A program made the translations under genes and the position numbers. From contig CAVUKA010000001.1 in assembly GCA_963741945.1 (NCBI GenBank), positions 768,001 through 832,000 on the forward strand: DNA of 64,000 nucleotides. Reading direction: 5' to 3'. The notes beneath the pieces were generated by a model, which was not told the DNA's origin, ran no database searches, and was given only the letters and a program-made list of their open reading frames with translations. Numbering within the stretch: position 1 is the first letter of the stretch; each line of letters opens with the position of its first letter. Positions 52,339-62,268 of this stretch are shown piece by piece. Source of the DNA: an uncultured Gemmatimonadales bacterium (GTDB lineage: Bacteria > Gemmatimonadota > Gemmatimonadetes > Longimicrobiales > RSA9).

Positions 52339-52532
52339 GCCGAGCCACGCTACCCCGGCGGTACCGGGCGGCGCGAGACTGTACCCGGCGGCTCCCGGCC
52401 CCCGCAGACCGGGGTCGGGAGCGGGGGAGTACGCCGCCGAAACGCCCCCCATCGAGCGCCTCCACGCCTTCGTGGCGGCGCAGGGGCACGCTCCGGCGCG
52501 CAGGTGAAACCCGCCCCCCCGGCATCCGGGGC

Positions 52533-52986
52533 TCACGGCATGGTGACCCCGAAGCTGGTGGACAAGCGGAAGACGAAGTGCGACCACGTGTACGCCGCCT
52601 CGAACCGTGCCGGCGCCACCGGGTTCCAGCTCCCGTAGAGCTCGACGCCGAACCGGCGGGTGTTGCCGCCGTTCCGATAGAATGTCTCCAGCGGGCGGGG
52701 CGGCACCCGGTAGCGGTCGAAGTCGCCGTCCGTCTCCAGGTGGAAGAATGCGACGTCGAAACGGAACTGCCGACCCACCACCCCGCGCGCTCCGACTTCC
52801 TCCCCGCGCGACGTGGCGGGCTCCAGTGATTCGTTGAAGCCTCCGGCCGCCGCCGGGTTGTTGGCCAGCTCCTCCGTGGCGGGCGGCAGGAAGCCCTGTC
52901 CCCAGTTCGCGTAGAAGCTCAGCGTGGGCGACGGCGAGTACGAGAGCCCCACGCGGGCGGTGGCCCGGTCGAAGTTGCGTTCGCCG
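52533..52986 (-). pseudogene. orphan internal fragment of a TonB-dependent receptor
   Basis: RVGLSYSPSPTLSFYANWGQGFLPP...SLEPATS..EVGARG...YRNGGNTRRFGVEL; no plug, start or C-terminal barrel strand. Confidence 0.75.
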
Positions 52987-53101
52987 GGCGCTGCATACCG
53001 CCCAGCTCGACGGGCGTCACCACACTGGTGGCCGCGGGATTCTCCCGCAGCGGAATCGTGGTCCGCGCCACTGTCACCACGATGCCGAGCGCAGCCCGCC
53101 T

Positions 53102-55051
53102 TCAGCGGGCGGGGCAGCCCCCCAGCAGGCGCGTGGCTCCCGGGCGGGTGAGGACACCCCGCTCGGCCACGTGACGGATCTCGGCGACCATGTCCGGGCG
53201 GTAGCCCCGCCCCCAGAGGTAGACGAAGCCGGTGCCCTCGGCGCCGCCGAACGACCGGACGAACGCCGCCGGCCGCCCCAGCTCGTTACGGGCCAGCACC
53301 GTGGCTTCGCCGACGGAGTCGGGGGAGAACGCGGCCAGGTGGACCCGCGCCAGCCCCCACGCCTTCCCGGCCGGCGTCGGAGTGGCGGCGTAGTCGCTGG
53401 CGCCGGCCGTCGCCAGGTCGATGCCGGTGAGCGCGGCGGCCCGGGCCGGCTCGAAGGCCCTGGGCCGGCCCGTCGAATCCCGCACCAGCGCAAGCGGCGG
53501 GATCCCCGTCCAGACCACTTTCCCGCCTGCGTCCAGCCAGCGGCGCAGCAGTCCCGCTGAGTCGCCGGTCGGGGCCACGGCGGATGGTACGTGGTCGAGG
53601 GCGAACACGACCACGCCGGGCGCGTGGTCGCGCAGCCGCCCGGTGAGGTACCGCTCCAGCGCGGCCGCGTCGAGCCGTTCGTAGCCGGCGCGGGCCAGGT
53701 CATCGGCCAGGCGGGCGGCGCCGGGCGTGGCCGCGAAGCCGGCGAGCGCGCTGTCGTAGAACACCGCCAGATGAGGCGTTCCGGACGCGGGCGCGCTCGC
53801 GGCCCCCGGCGACGGCTCGCCGGCACGGAGCGCGTGGACGATCCCGGCGTCGTCACCGAACAGCACGAGGTCGCCGGCCACCACGGGCGACGACTGGATC
53901 ATGTCGCCCGCGGTGTAGCGCCAGAGCGTCTCCCCGGACACGGCGTCGAGGGCGGTGAGCACGCCGTCGTTTCCGGGCACGAGCAGCACATCGCCTGCCA
54001 GCGATGGCGAGCCGAGCACGCGCGTCCCCATGTCCACGCGCCACCTGCGGGCGCCGGTGTCCGCGTCCAGCGCTTCGACCACGTGGGCGTCGGACGTGCC
54101 GGTATAGACCGCGCCGCCGCCCACTGCGGGCGAGGAGACCACCCAGGACGGGGCGTAGTCGGCCACCCAGACCCGTTCTCCCGTGGCCGCATCGAGGGCG
54201 TAGAGGCGGCCATCGCGACCGCCCACGTAGACGCGCCCGTCCACCACGGCAGGCGACGCCTGGACCGTGCGGCGATCGAAGCCGAACGCCGCCGAGTTGA
54301 GAGAGGCGCCCTCCGTCGGGGATCTCCAGACCACGCTGTCAGTGGTGAGGTCGATGGCGTAGACCACCCCATCCGCGCCGCCGACGAACGCCCGCCCCTG
54401 CGCCAGCGCCGGCGAAGAGCGGAGGCGGGCGCCCAGATCGGTCGTGCGCAGGATCTCACCATCGCTCAGGCGGACGCGTCGCAGAACGCCGTCCCGCCCC
54501 GCGAGCACGACCTGACCGTTCGCCACCGCGGGCGACGCCGTGAAGTAGTCCCACCCTTCTCGCCCCCAGGGGAGCGGCAGCTCGGGACCCTCGTTCAGCG
54601 TCCACACCTCGCCGCCGTCGGAGGCGCGCACCGCGTGGACCCGGCCATCGCGGGCGGTCGCCACCACGATGCCGGCTGCCACGGCGGGCGAGGACGCGCT
54701 GGGCACCCCGAGCTCGGCACGCCAGCGGGTCTCCCCCGTGGCCAGGTCCAGCGCCCGCAGCCATCCATCCCCGCCGGCCACGTACGCCGCGTCACCTACC
54801 ACCGCCACCGAGCCGCGCACCGCCCCACCCGTGCACGCGCTCCACTCCACGCGCCGGAGGGCGCGGAAGTCCCCGCCGTCGTAGGCGCCCGTGTGGCTCG
54901 CCCCGCCCCGGAACTGCGCGCTGGCCGGGCTGCCCTGGCCATCCGGCGGGGCCGCACCCTGCGCGCAGGCGGAAAGGAGGAGGAGGAGAAGGAGGGGGAG
55001 GGAAAACGGGCCGCGCGGGCGCGGAAGGGCAGTCTTGCATCTATGCTTCAT
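53102..55051 (-). CDS. PQQ-like (BamB-type) beta-propeller lipoprotein
   Basis: LSAC lipobox; repeated SSPAV....V..G..DG.L.ALDA.TG...W. Confidence 0.88.
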   Translation of the reverse strand: MKHRCKTALPRPRGPFSLPLLLLLLLSACAQGAAPPDGQGSPASAQFRGGASHTGAYDGGDFRALRRVEWSACTGGAVRGSVAVVGDAAYVAGGDGWLRALDLATGETRWRAELGVPSASSPAVAAGIVVATARDGRVHAVRASDGGEVWTLNEGPELPLPWGREGWDYFTASPAVANGQVVLAGRDGVLRRVRLSDGEILRTTDLGARLRSSPALAQGRAFVGGADGVVYAIDLTTDSVVWRSPTEGASLNSAAFGFDRRTVQASPAVVDGRVYVGGRDGRLYALDAATGERVWVADYAPSWVVSSPAVGGGAVYTGTSDAHVVEALDADTGARRWRVDMGTRVLGSPSLAGDVLLVPGNDGVLTALDAVSGETLWRYTAGDMIQSSPVVAGDLVLFGDDAGIVHALRAGEPSPGAASAPASGTPHLAVFYDSALAGFAATPGAARLADDLARAGYERLDAAALERYLTGRLRDHAPGVVVFALDHVPSAVAPTGDSAGLLRRWLDAGGKVVWTGIPPLALVRDSTGRPRAFEPARAAALTGIDLATAGASDYAATPTPAGKAWGLARVHLAAFSPDSVGEATVLARNELGRPAAFVRSFGGAEGTGFVYLWGRGYRPDMVAEIRHVAERGVLTRPGATRLLGGCPAR

Positions 55052-55143
55052 CGTTCTGCATCGTCGCTGTGAACGTCGCGGCGGCTCGTCCCGCCGCCCG
55101 ACCAACGTATCAGGATCCCCGCCTGTGACGAACCTCCCACGAT

Positions 55144-55256
55144 GGTGCCCTCCGCGTTCTCCGCGCCTTCGCGTGCCCTCCGCGGTTCTTCGTGCCCCCC
55201 GCAGTTCCGCGTGCCCTCCGCGGTTCTTCGTGCCCTCCGCGGCTCTCCGCGCCTCC
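55144..55256. repeat. GTGCCCTCCGCG short-repeat cluster (repeat family 2)
   Basis: Core at 55145, 55173, 55192 (variant), 55211 and 55230; similar to the reverse complement of the 63581 unit. Confidence 0.8.
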
Positions 55257-55333
55257 CCCCTCGCGCGACGGCGCCCCATGCTGTAGGCTTGCAGACCCGA
55301 CTCGATCCTCGACCCGCCCGATGGAGCCGATGC

Positions 55334-57034
55334 ATGGACCGAGCGCACCTTCTCGCCGTGGCTCGCGGCGATCAGCCTGCCGACCTCCTCTTCACGAACG
55401 CGCGCGTGGTGAACGTGTTCACGGGCGAGGTGGAGGAGGTGGACGTGGCGGTGGCGGAGGGTCTGGTGGCGGGTCTGGGCACCGGCTACCACGGCAGCGA
55501 CACCGTGGACGCGGGCGGTGCCTTTCTGGTCCCCGGGCTGATCGACGCCCACGTCCACATCGAGTCCAGCATGGTTGCGCCGCCGGAGTTCGCGCGGGCC
55601 GTGCTCCCCCGGGGCACCACCACGGTGGTGACGGATCCTCACGAGATCGCGAACGTCCACGGGCTGGACGGGATCCGGTGGATGCTGGCGGCGAGCGAGG
55701 GGCTGCCGCTGTCGGTGTTCGTGATGGCGAGCTCGTGCGTGCCCGCCACGCCGCTGGCCACCGCGGGCGCGGATCTCGATGCCGCCGCGCTGGCCGGGCT
55801 GGACCACCCGCGTGTCCTGGGGCTGGCGGAGCTCATGAACTTCCCCGGCGCGATCGGGGGCGATCCCGCCGTGATGGCGAAGCTGGAGGCGTTCGCCGGC
55901 CGGCCCATCGACGGCCACGCCCCGGGCGTGACGGGGCAGGAGCTCAACGCCTACGTGGCGGCGGGGCCGGGCTCGGACCACGAGTGCACCACGGCGCAGG
56001 AAGCCACGGAGAAGCTGCGGCGCGGTCTGCGGGTCTTCCTTCGGCAGGCGACGAACGCCCGGAATCTCCGGGCGCTGCTTCCGGCGCTCACGCCCGCCAA
56101 CCGCCGGCGTGCCGCGTTCTGCACCGATGATCGGCATCCGGGCGATCTCCTGGACGAGGGCGGCATCGACGCCATGGTCCGGATGGCAGTGGCGGAGGGC
56201 TTGGCTCCGGTCGAAGCCGTTCGCCTTGCGACGCTAAACCCGGCCGAGTTCTTCGGCCTGGCGGATCGCGGGGCGATCGCTCCCGGTCGGCGGGCCGACC
56301 TGGTCCTGGCCCCTGACCTGGACGACTTCCGCGCCGCGGCCGTTTATTCCGCCGGAAGACTGGTGGCCCGCGACGGCGAGATGACCGCCGACGTGCCTGC
56401 GCCCCCGCCGCCGCCCTCCCCTTCGATGCGCGTCGACTGGGGCAGCCTCGGTCTGGAAATCCCGGCGCGAGCCGGGCGCACCCGGGTCATCCGGATGGTG
56501 CCGGACCAGCTGATCACGGGCTCGGAGGCTGTAGCGCCGACGGTGGTGGACGGCCGGGTGGTCGCCGACCCCGGGCGTGACCTTCTGAAGATCGCGGTCA
56601 TCGAGCGACACACGGGCAGCGGCAGGGTCGGGCTCGGGCTGGTGTCGGGAATGGGGCTGCGCGAAGGAGCCATGGCGGGCACAGTGGCGCACGACCACCA
56701 CAACATCATCGTGATCGGGGCTACGGACGAGGACATGCTGATGGCGGCAAGGGAAGTGGCGGAAGCGGGCGGCGGCCTCGCCGTCGCCCGGGACGGCATG
56801 CTGATGGCCGCGCTGCCACTGCCGGTCGGGGGCCTGATGTCGCTGGAGCCGGTGGAGGCCGTGCGGGACGGTCTGGACGCGGTGATCGCGGCCGTCCGCT
56901 CCCTCGGCTCACCCCTGCACGACCCGTTCATGGCCATGTCGTTCCTGGGGCTGGAGGTCATCCCGTCACTGAAGATCACGGACCGCGGGCTGGTGGACGT
57001 GGACGCGTTCGCGGCCGTGGAGCTGTGGGCGTGA
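55334..57034 (+). CDS. ade: adenine deaminase (AdeC type)
   Basis: PGLIDAHVHIESS, DPHEIANV, SSCVPAT, DGHAP, DHEC, FCTDD, AHDHHN. Confidence 0.95.
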   Translation: MDRAHLLAVARGDQPADLLFTNARVVNVFTGEVEEVDVAVAEGLVAGLGTGYHGSDTVDAGGAFLVPGLIDAHVHIESSMVAPPEFARAVLPRGTTTVVTDPHEIANVHGLDGIRWMLAASEGLPLSVFVMASSCVPATPLATAGADLDAAALAGLDHPRVLGLAELMNFPGAIGGDPAVMAKLEAFAGRPIDGHAPGVTGQELNAYVAAGPGSDHECTTAQEATEKLRRGLRVFLRQATNARNLRALLPALTPANRRRAAFCTDDRHPGDLLDEGGIDAMVRMAVAEGLAPVEAVRLATLNPAEFFGLADRGAIAPGRRADLVLAPDLDDFRAAAVYSAGRLVARDGEMTADVPAPPPPPSPSMRVDWGSLGLEIPARAGRTRVIRMVPDQLITGSEAVAPTVVDGRVVADPGRDLLKIAVIERHTGSGRVGLGLVSGMGLREGAMAGTVAHDHHNIIVIGATDEDMLMAAREVAEAGGGLAVARDGMLMAALPLPVGGLMSLEPVEAVRDGLDAVIAAVRSLGSPLHDPFMAMSFLGLEVIPSLKITDRGLVDVDAFAAVELWA

Positions 57035-59637
57035 GGGCGGGCGGCAGCCAGGGCGGCGGCCGTGACGCCGGCGCGCAGGCGGGGGACGCCCCGCACGGTC
57101 GCGGCTCCGGCACGCCCGGGTCGGTCGAGCTGACGCGGGACCTGGGCTTCTGGGACGTCACGCTCATCGGCGTGGGCGCCATGATCGGGGCGGGCATCTT
57201 CGTGCTGGTGGGATCGGCCGCGGGGCGGGCCGGGCCGGCCCTGCTGCTGGCGTTCGTGCTGAACGGCATTGTCGCGCTGCTCACGGCGCTGGTCTATGCC
57301 GAGCTGGGCAGCGCCATGCCGTCGGCGGGCGGCAGCTACGTCTTCATCCGGCAGGCGCTGCCCGGACCGTTCAGCTTCCTCGCGGGCTGGATGAGCTGGT
57401 TCGCCCACGCCGTGGCCGGGAGCCTGTACGCCCTGGGGTTCGGCAGCTTCCTGGTGGAAATCCTGCGCGTGGGCGGCTTCGATGTCGCCACGGCGGGATT
57501 CATGGCCGGGCTCCCGCACAACGTGCCGGAGCTCGGCTTCGGCGTGGCCATCGCGCTCCTCTTCTTCTTCATCAACTTCCGCGGCGCGAGCGAGACGGGG
57601 GCGGCGGGGCGGTTCGTGACCATGGCGAAGGTCCTGGTCATCTTCCTCTTCGTCGGTGGCGGGCTCCTGGTGCTGCTGCGCAATCCGGAGCGGCTCGCGG
57701 CGTTCCAGCCGTTCGCGCCGAACGGTCTGGCCGGCGTGTTCCTGGCCATGGGGATCACGTACGTGGCATTCGAGGGCTTCGAGGTGATCGTCCAGGCGGG
57801 AGAAGAGGTCAAGGACCCGAAGCGGACGATTCCGAAAGCGGTGATCACGGCCATGATCATCGTCATCCCCACGTACCTGCTGGTGAGCATCGCGCTGCTC
57901 GGCGCCATCGAACCGCCGCCCGGCGAGCCGTCCACCTGGCAGTGGCTCGGGAAGGTGAAGGAGCTCGGACTGGCCCGCGCCGCCGCGCAGGTCATGCCGT
58001 ACGGCAACATCGTCATCCTCCTGGGCGGCCTGCTCTCCACCATGAGCGCGCTGAACGCGACGACGTTCTCCGCCACCCGTGTCAGCTTCGCCATGGGCCG
58101 GGACCGGTTCCTTCCCGACTTCTTCTCCCGCATCCACCCGGAGCGGCGAACGCCGCACCTGGCGCTGGCGGGCACGGGCGCGCTGATCATCTTCATGCTC
58201 GTGGCGCTCCCGCTGGAGGGCGTGGCGGCCTCGGCGTCGCTGATGTTCCTGCTCCTGTTCTTCATGGTGAACGCCTCGTCGCTGTTCATCCGCTGGCGGT
58301 ACGGCGACAAGATGGCGTACGGCTACGTCACGCCGTTCTTCCCGGCCGTGCCGATCCTGGCTATCGCGATCCAGGCCCTCATCGCCAGTCAGATGCTCCA
58401 CTTCAGCACGGGTGTGCTCCTCACCGTCGTGGGCTGGCTCGCCGCCGGCGGAATGGTCTACTTCCTGTACTCCAGACGACGGGCGCGGGAGCTCGAGCCC
58501 GTGCCCGTGGTCGTTGCGGAGCGGACCGTTCTGGAAGGCTCGGGAAAGCCCCCGGTGGTCCTCCCCATCGCCCGGCCCTACGGCGTGGACGCGCTGGTGC
58601 GCACCGCCGCCGGCATCGCCCGCTCCCTCGACCGCCACGTCCTCCTGCTCCACGTGGTCACCGTGCCCGAGCAGCTGCCGATCTCCGCGGGGCTGCGGCT
58701 GGTGGAGGAGGGACGCGAGGAAGTGCGAGGCGTGGCCCGGATGCTCCGCGAGCTGGACGTGGAGGTGGAGCTCGTCGTCCGCCTCGCCCACCGTCCGGCC
58801 ACGGCCATCATCCGCACCATCGAGGCCCGGCGCGCGGACTTCTGCGTCCTCGGCTGGCGCGGCCACACGCACGGGCGGAACCGCGTCCTGGGAAGCAACC
58901 TGGATGCCATCCTGCGCGAGGCGAACTCGAACTTCGTGGTGATGCAGAACGTGGATCGACCGGTGCGGCGCGTGCTCTTCCCCGCCTCGAACCCGCTCCA
59001 GGCCCAGGTGGCGTTCGCCGTGGGGTACGGCCTCGCGCGAGCCGTGGACGCCGACCTGATCGACGTGGTCACCGTCTTCCCGGAGAACACCGAACGGGCG
59101 GAAGTGGACGAGCGCGTCATGGAGATGGCGCAGGCCGTGGGAGAGGCCGCGGGCGTCGAGATCGATGCGTGGGAGGACCCGGTGCGGCTGGACGGGCTGA
59201 CGGTGCACTTCCGGCCCGAGTACTCCAACGCCCCCGTGGACCGGATCCGCGCCATGAGCCAGGGCTACGACCTCCTCATCCTCGGCGCGGGCCCCGGCGG
59301 CATCGGCGGCCGGCACGTCCTCGGGAAGGTCACGTGGACGCTCGCCCGCAGCGCCCACTGCCCCACCGTGGCGGTGAAGCGGCGCACCGGTGGACTGCAC
59401 TTCCAGGTCCAGTCGTTCTTCGAGTTCTTCCGTGACCAGGCCCAGGCGCCGGCCGAGACCAAGGAGGAGGCCGCTCCCGGTGATGCCCCCGTGGACGACG
59501 CGGCGGCCGGGGGCGCGGCGGCGGCGGCCGGGGGCGCGGCGGCATCGGACGACCCGTCGGCGGAGGCGGCCACTCCCCCGGCACACGACACGCCCGAAGT
59601 GACCGGGCCCGACTCCGAGCCCGAGAGGGGGCGCTGA
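57031..59637 (+). CDS. APC family amino acid permease with C-terminal universal-stress (USP) domains
   Basis: IGVGAMIGAGIF, YAELGSAMP.AGG, FEGFE, EEVKDP; USP-like VLGSNLDAILR and LGKVTWTLARSAHCPT; GTGA overlap with ade. Confidence 0.92.
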   Translation: MRAGGSQGGGRDAGAQAGDAPHGRGSGTPGSVELTRDLGFWDVTLIGVGAMIGAGIFVLVGSAAGRAGPALLLAFVLNGIVALLTALVYAELGSAMPSAGGSYVFIRQALPGPFSFLAGWMSWFAHAVAGSLYALGFGSFLVEILRVGGFDVATAGFMAGLPHNVPELGFGVAIALLFFFINFRGASETGAAGRFVTMAKVLVIFLFVGGGLLVLLRNPERLAAFQPFAPNGLAGVFLAMGITYVAFEGFEVIVQAGEEVKDPKRTIPKAVITAMIIVIPTYLLVSIALLGAIEPPPGEPSTWQWLGKVKELGLARAAAQVMPYGNIVILLGGLLSTMSALNATTFSATRVSFAMGRDRFLPDFFSRIHPERRTPHLALAGTGALIIFMLVALPLEGVAASASLMFLLLFFMVNASSLFIRWRYGDKMAYGYVTPFFPAVPILAIAIQALIASQMLHFSTGVLLTVVGWLAAGGMVYFLYSRRRARELEPVPVVVAERTVLEGSGKPPVVLPIARPYGVDALVRTAAGIARSLDRHVLLLHVVTVPEQLPISAGLRLVEEGREEVRGVARMLRELDVEVELVVRLAHRPATAIIRTIEARRADFCVLGWRGHTHGRNRVLGSNLDAILREANSNFVVMQNVDRPVRRVLFPASNPLQAQVAFAVGYGLARAVDADLIDVVTVFPENTERAEVDERVMEMAQAVGEAAGVEIDAWEDPVRLDGLTVHFRPEYSNAPVDRIRAMSQGYDLLILGAGPGGIGGRHVLGKVTWTLARSAHCPTVAVKRRTGGLHFQVQSFFEFFRDQAQAPAETKEEAAPGDAPVDDAAAGGAAAAAGGAAASDDPSAEAATPPAHDTPEVTGPDSEPERGR

Positions 59638-59957
59638 TGCCGCTGGAAGAGCTGAGGAAGGAAGGGCTTCTCCTCCCCGAACGCCACTGGGGTCATTTCC
59701 CCAGGGCCAGCCTTCGCTCGCGCCTGTCCGTGCTCATCACGTTCTCCATAGGAATCGGCGCCGCGGCGGTCATCTGGTTCGGCGACGGCGGCTGGCTCAC
59801 GTTCCTGGGCACCGGCGTCTTCCTCGTCGACCTCTTCCTCATCCTCATCACCACCTTCCTGGTGGTCGACGCGCGCGTCGACCGTCTCGAAAGCATGGGC
59901 CTCGAAGGGGAGGTGGTGGGGCTGGAGGGAGGCCAGGCTCACGAGCCCGAGGAGTGA
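59637..59957 (+). CDS. small two-TM membrane protein
   Basis: TGATG coupling to the permease; two hydrophobic segments. Confidence 0.7.
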   Translation: MPLEELRKEGLLLPERHWGHFPRASLRSRLSVLITFSIGIGAAAVIWFGDGGWLTFLGTGVFLVDLFLILITTFLVVDARVDRLESMGLEGEVVGLEGGQAHEPEE

Positions 59958-59991
59958 CGCCGCAGGGGGCGCCCCCGTTCGGCGCTCGCGT

Positions 59992-60594
59992 TCAGTTGCC
60001 GGCCTCGCCCCGGCAGCGGCGGAGGATCTCGCGGATCCGATCGCGCGGGCGGTCGAGCAGCGGAGAGCGCAGCGCGTCCGGGAAGGGGACCACGTAGTTT
60101 TCGGGACCGGCGCCACCGCGGTTCATGACGAGGGCGCTCCTGCGCTCGAACCCCAGCGCGATGGTGGTCCCGGGCGCGGACGGGTCCGGTGGCTGGCGGT
60201 ACATGGCCGATCCGCGGCCGTCGCTGTACGCCACCACTTCACCAGCCGAATCCAGCGTCACGGCGACGGAGCGTCGCGCCCGCCCGTCACCGGCGGCCCA
60301 GCGGAGCCGGAGCACCCGCTGCGCGCCGATCTTCACCGGCTCACCGCACTCGCCGGGCCCTTCCGCGGGCGCATCCCACGGCACTGAGAGCGTGACGCTG
60401 TCCAGCGGAACGGACCGGACGCGCACTTCCTGCGTGTCGGCCCCCATGATTCGCCGCATGCGCATCTCGGCCGGGCTGGCGCCGTTCCGGACTTCCGGCA
60501 CCGGCTGCCGGTGCGCGCACGCCGCCACCGCGCCCACGGCCAGAACGGCGGCCACAGCAGCGCGAACAGCACCCGGTCTCCGGCTCGTCTTCAT
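59992..60594 (-). CDS. hypothetical lipoprotein
   Basis: GAGGAG SD; AVLAVGAVAAC lipobox. Confidence 0.65.
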   Translation of the reverse strand: MKTSRRPGAVRAAVAAVLAVGAVAACAHRQPVPEVRNGASPAEMRMRRIMGADTQEVRVRSVPLDSVTLSVPWDAPAEGPGECGEPVKIGAQRVLRLRWAAGDGRARRSVAVTLDSAGEVVAYSDGRGSAMYRQPPDPSAPGTTIALGFERRSALVMNRGGAGPENYVVPFPDALRSPLLDRPRDRIREILRRCRGEAGN

Positions 60595-60628
60595 CACGGC
60601 ACCACTCCTCAATTGGACCTTCTCGCTG

Positions 60629-60874
60629 CTACAGCGGCCGCGCGGGAACGTACACCTCGCCATCCAGGTCGTCCAGCTTTGCCTGCATCCACGCCCGGGC
60701 GTCCTGAACGGCCTGGTTGTAGACCTGCGGCCCCACCGCCTCCAGGAAGAAGTCCAGCAGGCGCTCCGCCCGAAACGCGCTCAGCTCCTCGTCGAACTCC
60801 TCCAGGTACACCCCCTGGAGCCCCGTCAGCATCCGCTTCCGCCGGTCCTCGTCCAGAACAACGCCCATGTCCAT
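60629..60874 (-). CDS. DUF2164 family protein
   Basis: LLDFFLEAVGPQVYNQAVQDA signature. Confidence 0.88.
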   Translation of the reverse strand: MDMGVVLDEDRRKRMLTGLQGVYLEEFDEELSAFRAERLLDFFLEAVGPQVYNQAVQDARAWMQAKLDDLDGEVYVPARPL

Positions 60875-61065
60875 CTCTCCCGCCGCCGGAGGTCCGCGCG
60901 CCCTTCGTGGCCAAGGTGCCGTCCACGGGCGCGCCGCGCCAGGCCGCCGGCGAGGAGCGTGGCCCGGGGTCGGCCCGGCCGATCCCCAGGCTCTTGCTGG
61001 GGTACGCGTTGTCCGTAGGTTGATCGGCACACCAGCGGGGAAACGAAGTCAGAGGAGCATCTGAG

Positions 61066-61470
61066 ATGTCGCGTCGCAGAGGACAGGGGCCGCAGCAGCA
61101 GATCCGGGGATTCCGGCCGGGGAAGGAGCCGCCGCAGCTGAAGAAGCAGCGGGCGAAGCAGCAGTTCGGGGAAGTGAGCGCCACGCAGGAAAAGCTCATC
61201 GAGATGTTCGCCGAGCGCACGCCGGAGGAGTCGCACCGGATGCTGCGGCGGTGGCGGTTCGGGTTCCTGGGCGGCGCCATCGCGCTGGCGGTCGTGGGCG
61301 GGCTGCTCTTCCTCTGGTCCATCGTGGCCGCCGTCATCGTGGAAGTGCTGGCCGGGGTGGTGCTCTTCTTCTGGTGGCAGCTCCACCGTCAGCGGGACGC
61401 GTTCGAGGCCATGGCCGACACCGTGGGCGGACGGGCCGGGCGGAAGGGGAAGCCGAAGCGGAAGAAGTAG
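61066..61470 (+). CDS. hypothetical two-TM membrane protein
   Basis: GAGGAG SD; basic termini; two TM helices. Confidence 0.75.
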   Translation: MSRRRGQGPQQQIRGFRPGKEPPQLKKQRAKQQFGEVSATQEKLIEMFAERTPEESHRMLRRWRFGFLGGAIALAVVGGLLFLWSIVAAVIVEVLAGVVLFFWWQLHRQRDAFEAMADTVGGRAGRKGKPKRKK

Positions 61471-61532
61471 GACGGCGGGCGCGGCGCGGGCGCGGGGGCG
61501 CGGGGCGCGGCGGCGTGGCGCGGCGGCGGGGC

Positions 61533-61787
61533 TCAGACTTGGGTGCCGTCCACGTAGCACCAGCGCCAGGACTCGCCCGGCTCGAAGCTCCGGATGATCG
61601 GGTGCCCGGCGTCGTGGGCGTGCTTGCGCGCGTGCCGGTTCTTCGACGAGTCGCAGCATCCCACGTGGCCGCACGTCAGACAGAGGCGGAGGTGGACCCA
61701 GCTGTCCCCGGTCTCGAGGCACTCCTTGCAGCCGGCGCCGCTGGGCGTGACATCGCGAATGGAATCCAGGTGTGTGCAGGCAGGCAT
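61533..61787 (-). CDS. UBP-type zinc finger protein
   Basis: CTHL...GCKEC...WVHLRLCLTCGHVGCCDSS..RHARKH...WCYVD. Confidence 0.93.
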   Translation of the reverse strand: MPACTHLDSIRDVTPSGAGCKECLETGDSWVHLRLCLTCGHVGCCDSSKNRHARKHAHDAGHPIIRSFEPGESWRWCYVDGTQV

Positions 61788-61897
61788 GGCCGGAATATAA
61801 TCGCTCCCGCCGCCGTCCGTGCGTTCCGCGCACCGTGCGAGCGGCCCTGCTCCATCCGCGACCGCCGGCCTGGCGCCCGGGAGCGTGCGGGGGCCGC

Positions 61898-62128
61898 TCA
61901 GCCTTCCGCGGCCGCGCGGCGACGCCGACGCCGACGCACCAGGAAGACCACGAGCAAGACCGCCATCAGCACCAGCGCGGCCTTCAGCAGGAACGCCACC
62001 GCGCCGATCAGGAACGCCACCGCGGACACGGCCAGCGGGCCCAGCAGCCCGGTAAGGAAGCGGGCCAGCGCCAGGCCCAGCAGCGTCATGATCCCGCCCG
62101 TCATCAAATAGCTCGCGCGAATGCCCAC
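61898..62128 (-). CDS. small membrane protein
   Basis: GGAGGA SD; hydrophobic stretch followed by a poly-Arg tail. Confidence 0.65.
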   Translation of the reverse strand: MGIRASYLMTGGIMTLLGLALARFLTGLLGPLAVSAVAFLIGAVAFLLKAALVLMAVLLVVFLVRRRRRRRAAAEG

Positions 62129-62268
62129 GGCCCTTCCTCCGTTGCGGTTGCCCCGTTCACCCGGCGCTCCCTACGCGGCCAGCGCCGACGAGGATTCAGC
62201 GCCAGACGCCCAACCGCCGATGGCCCGCCCCGGTTGCGCGGTCCGCCCGCCCGCCCGACACTCCCCGC

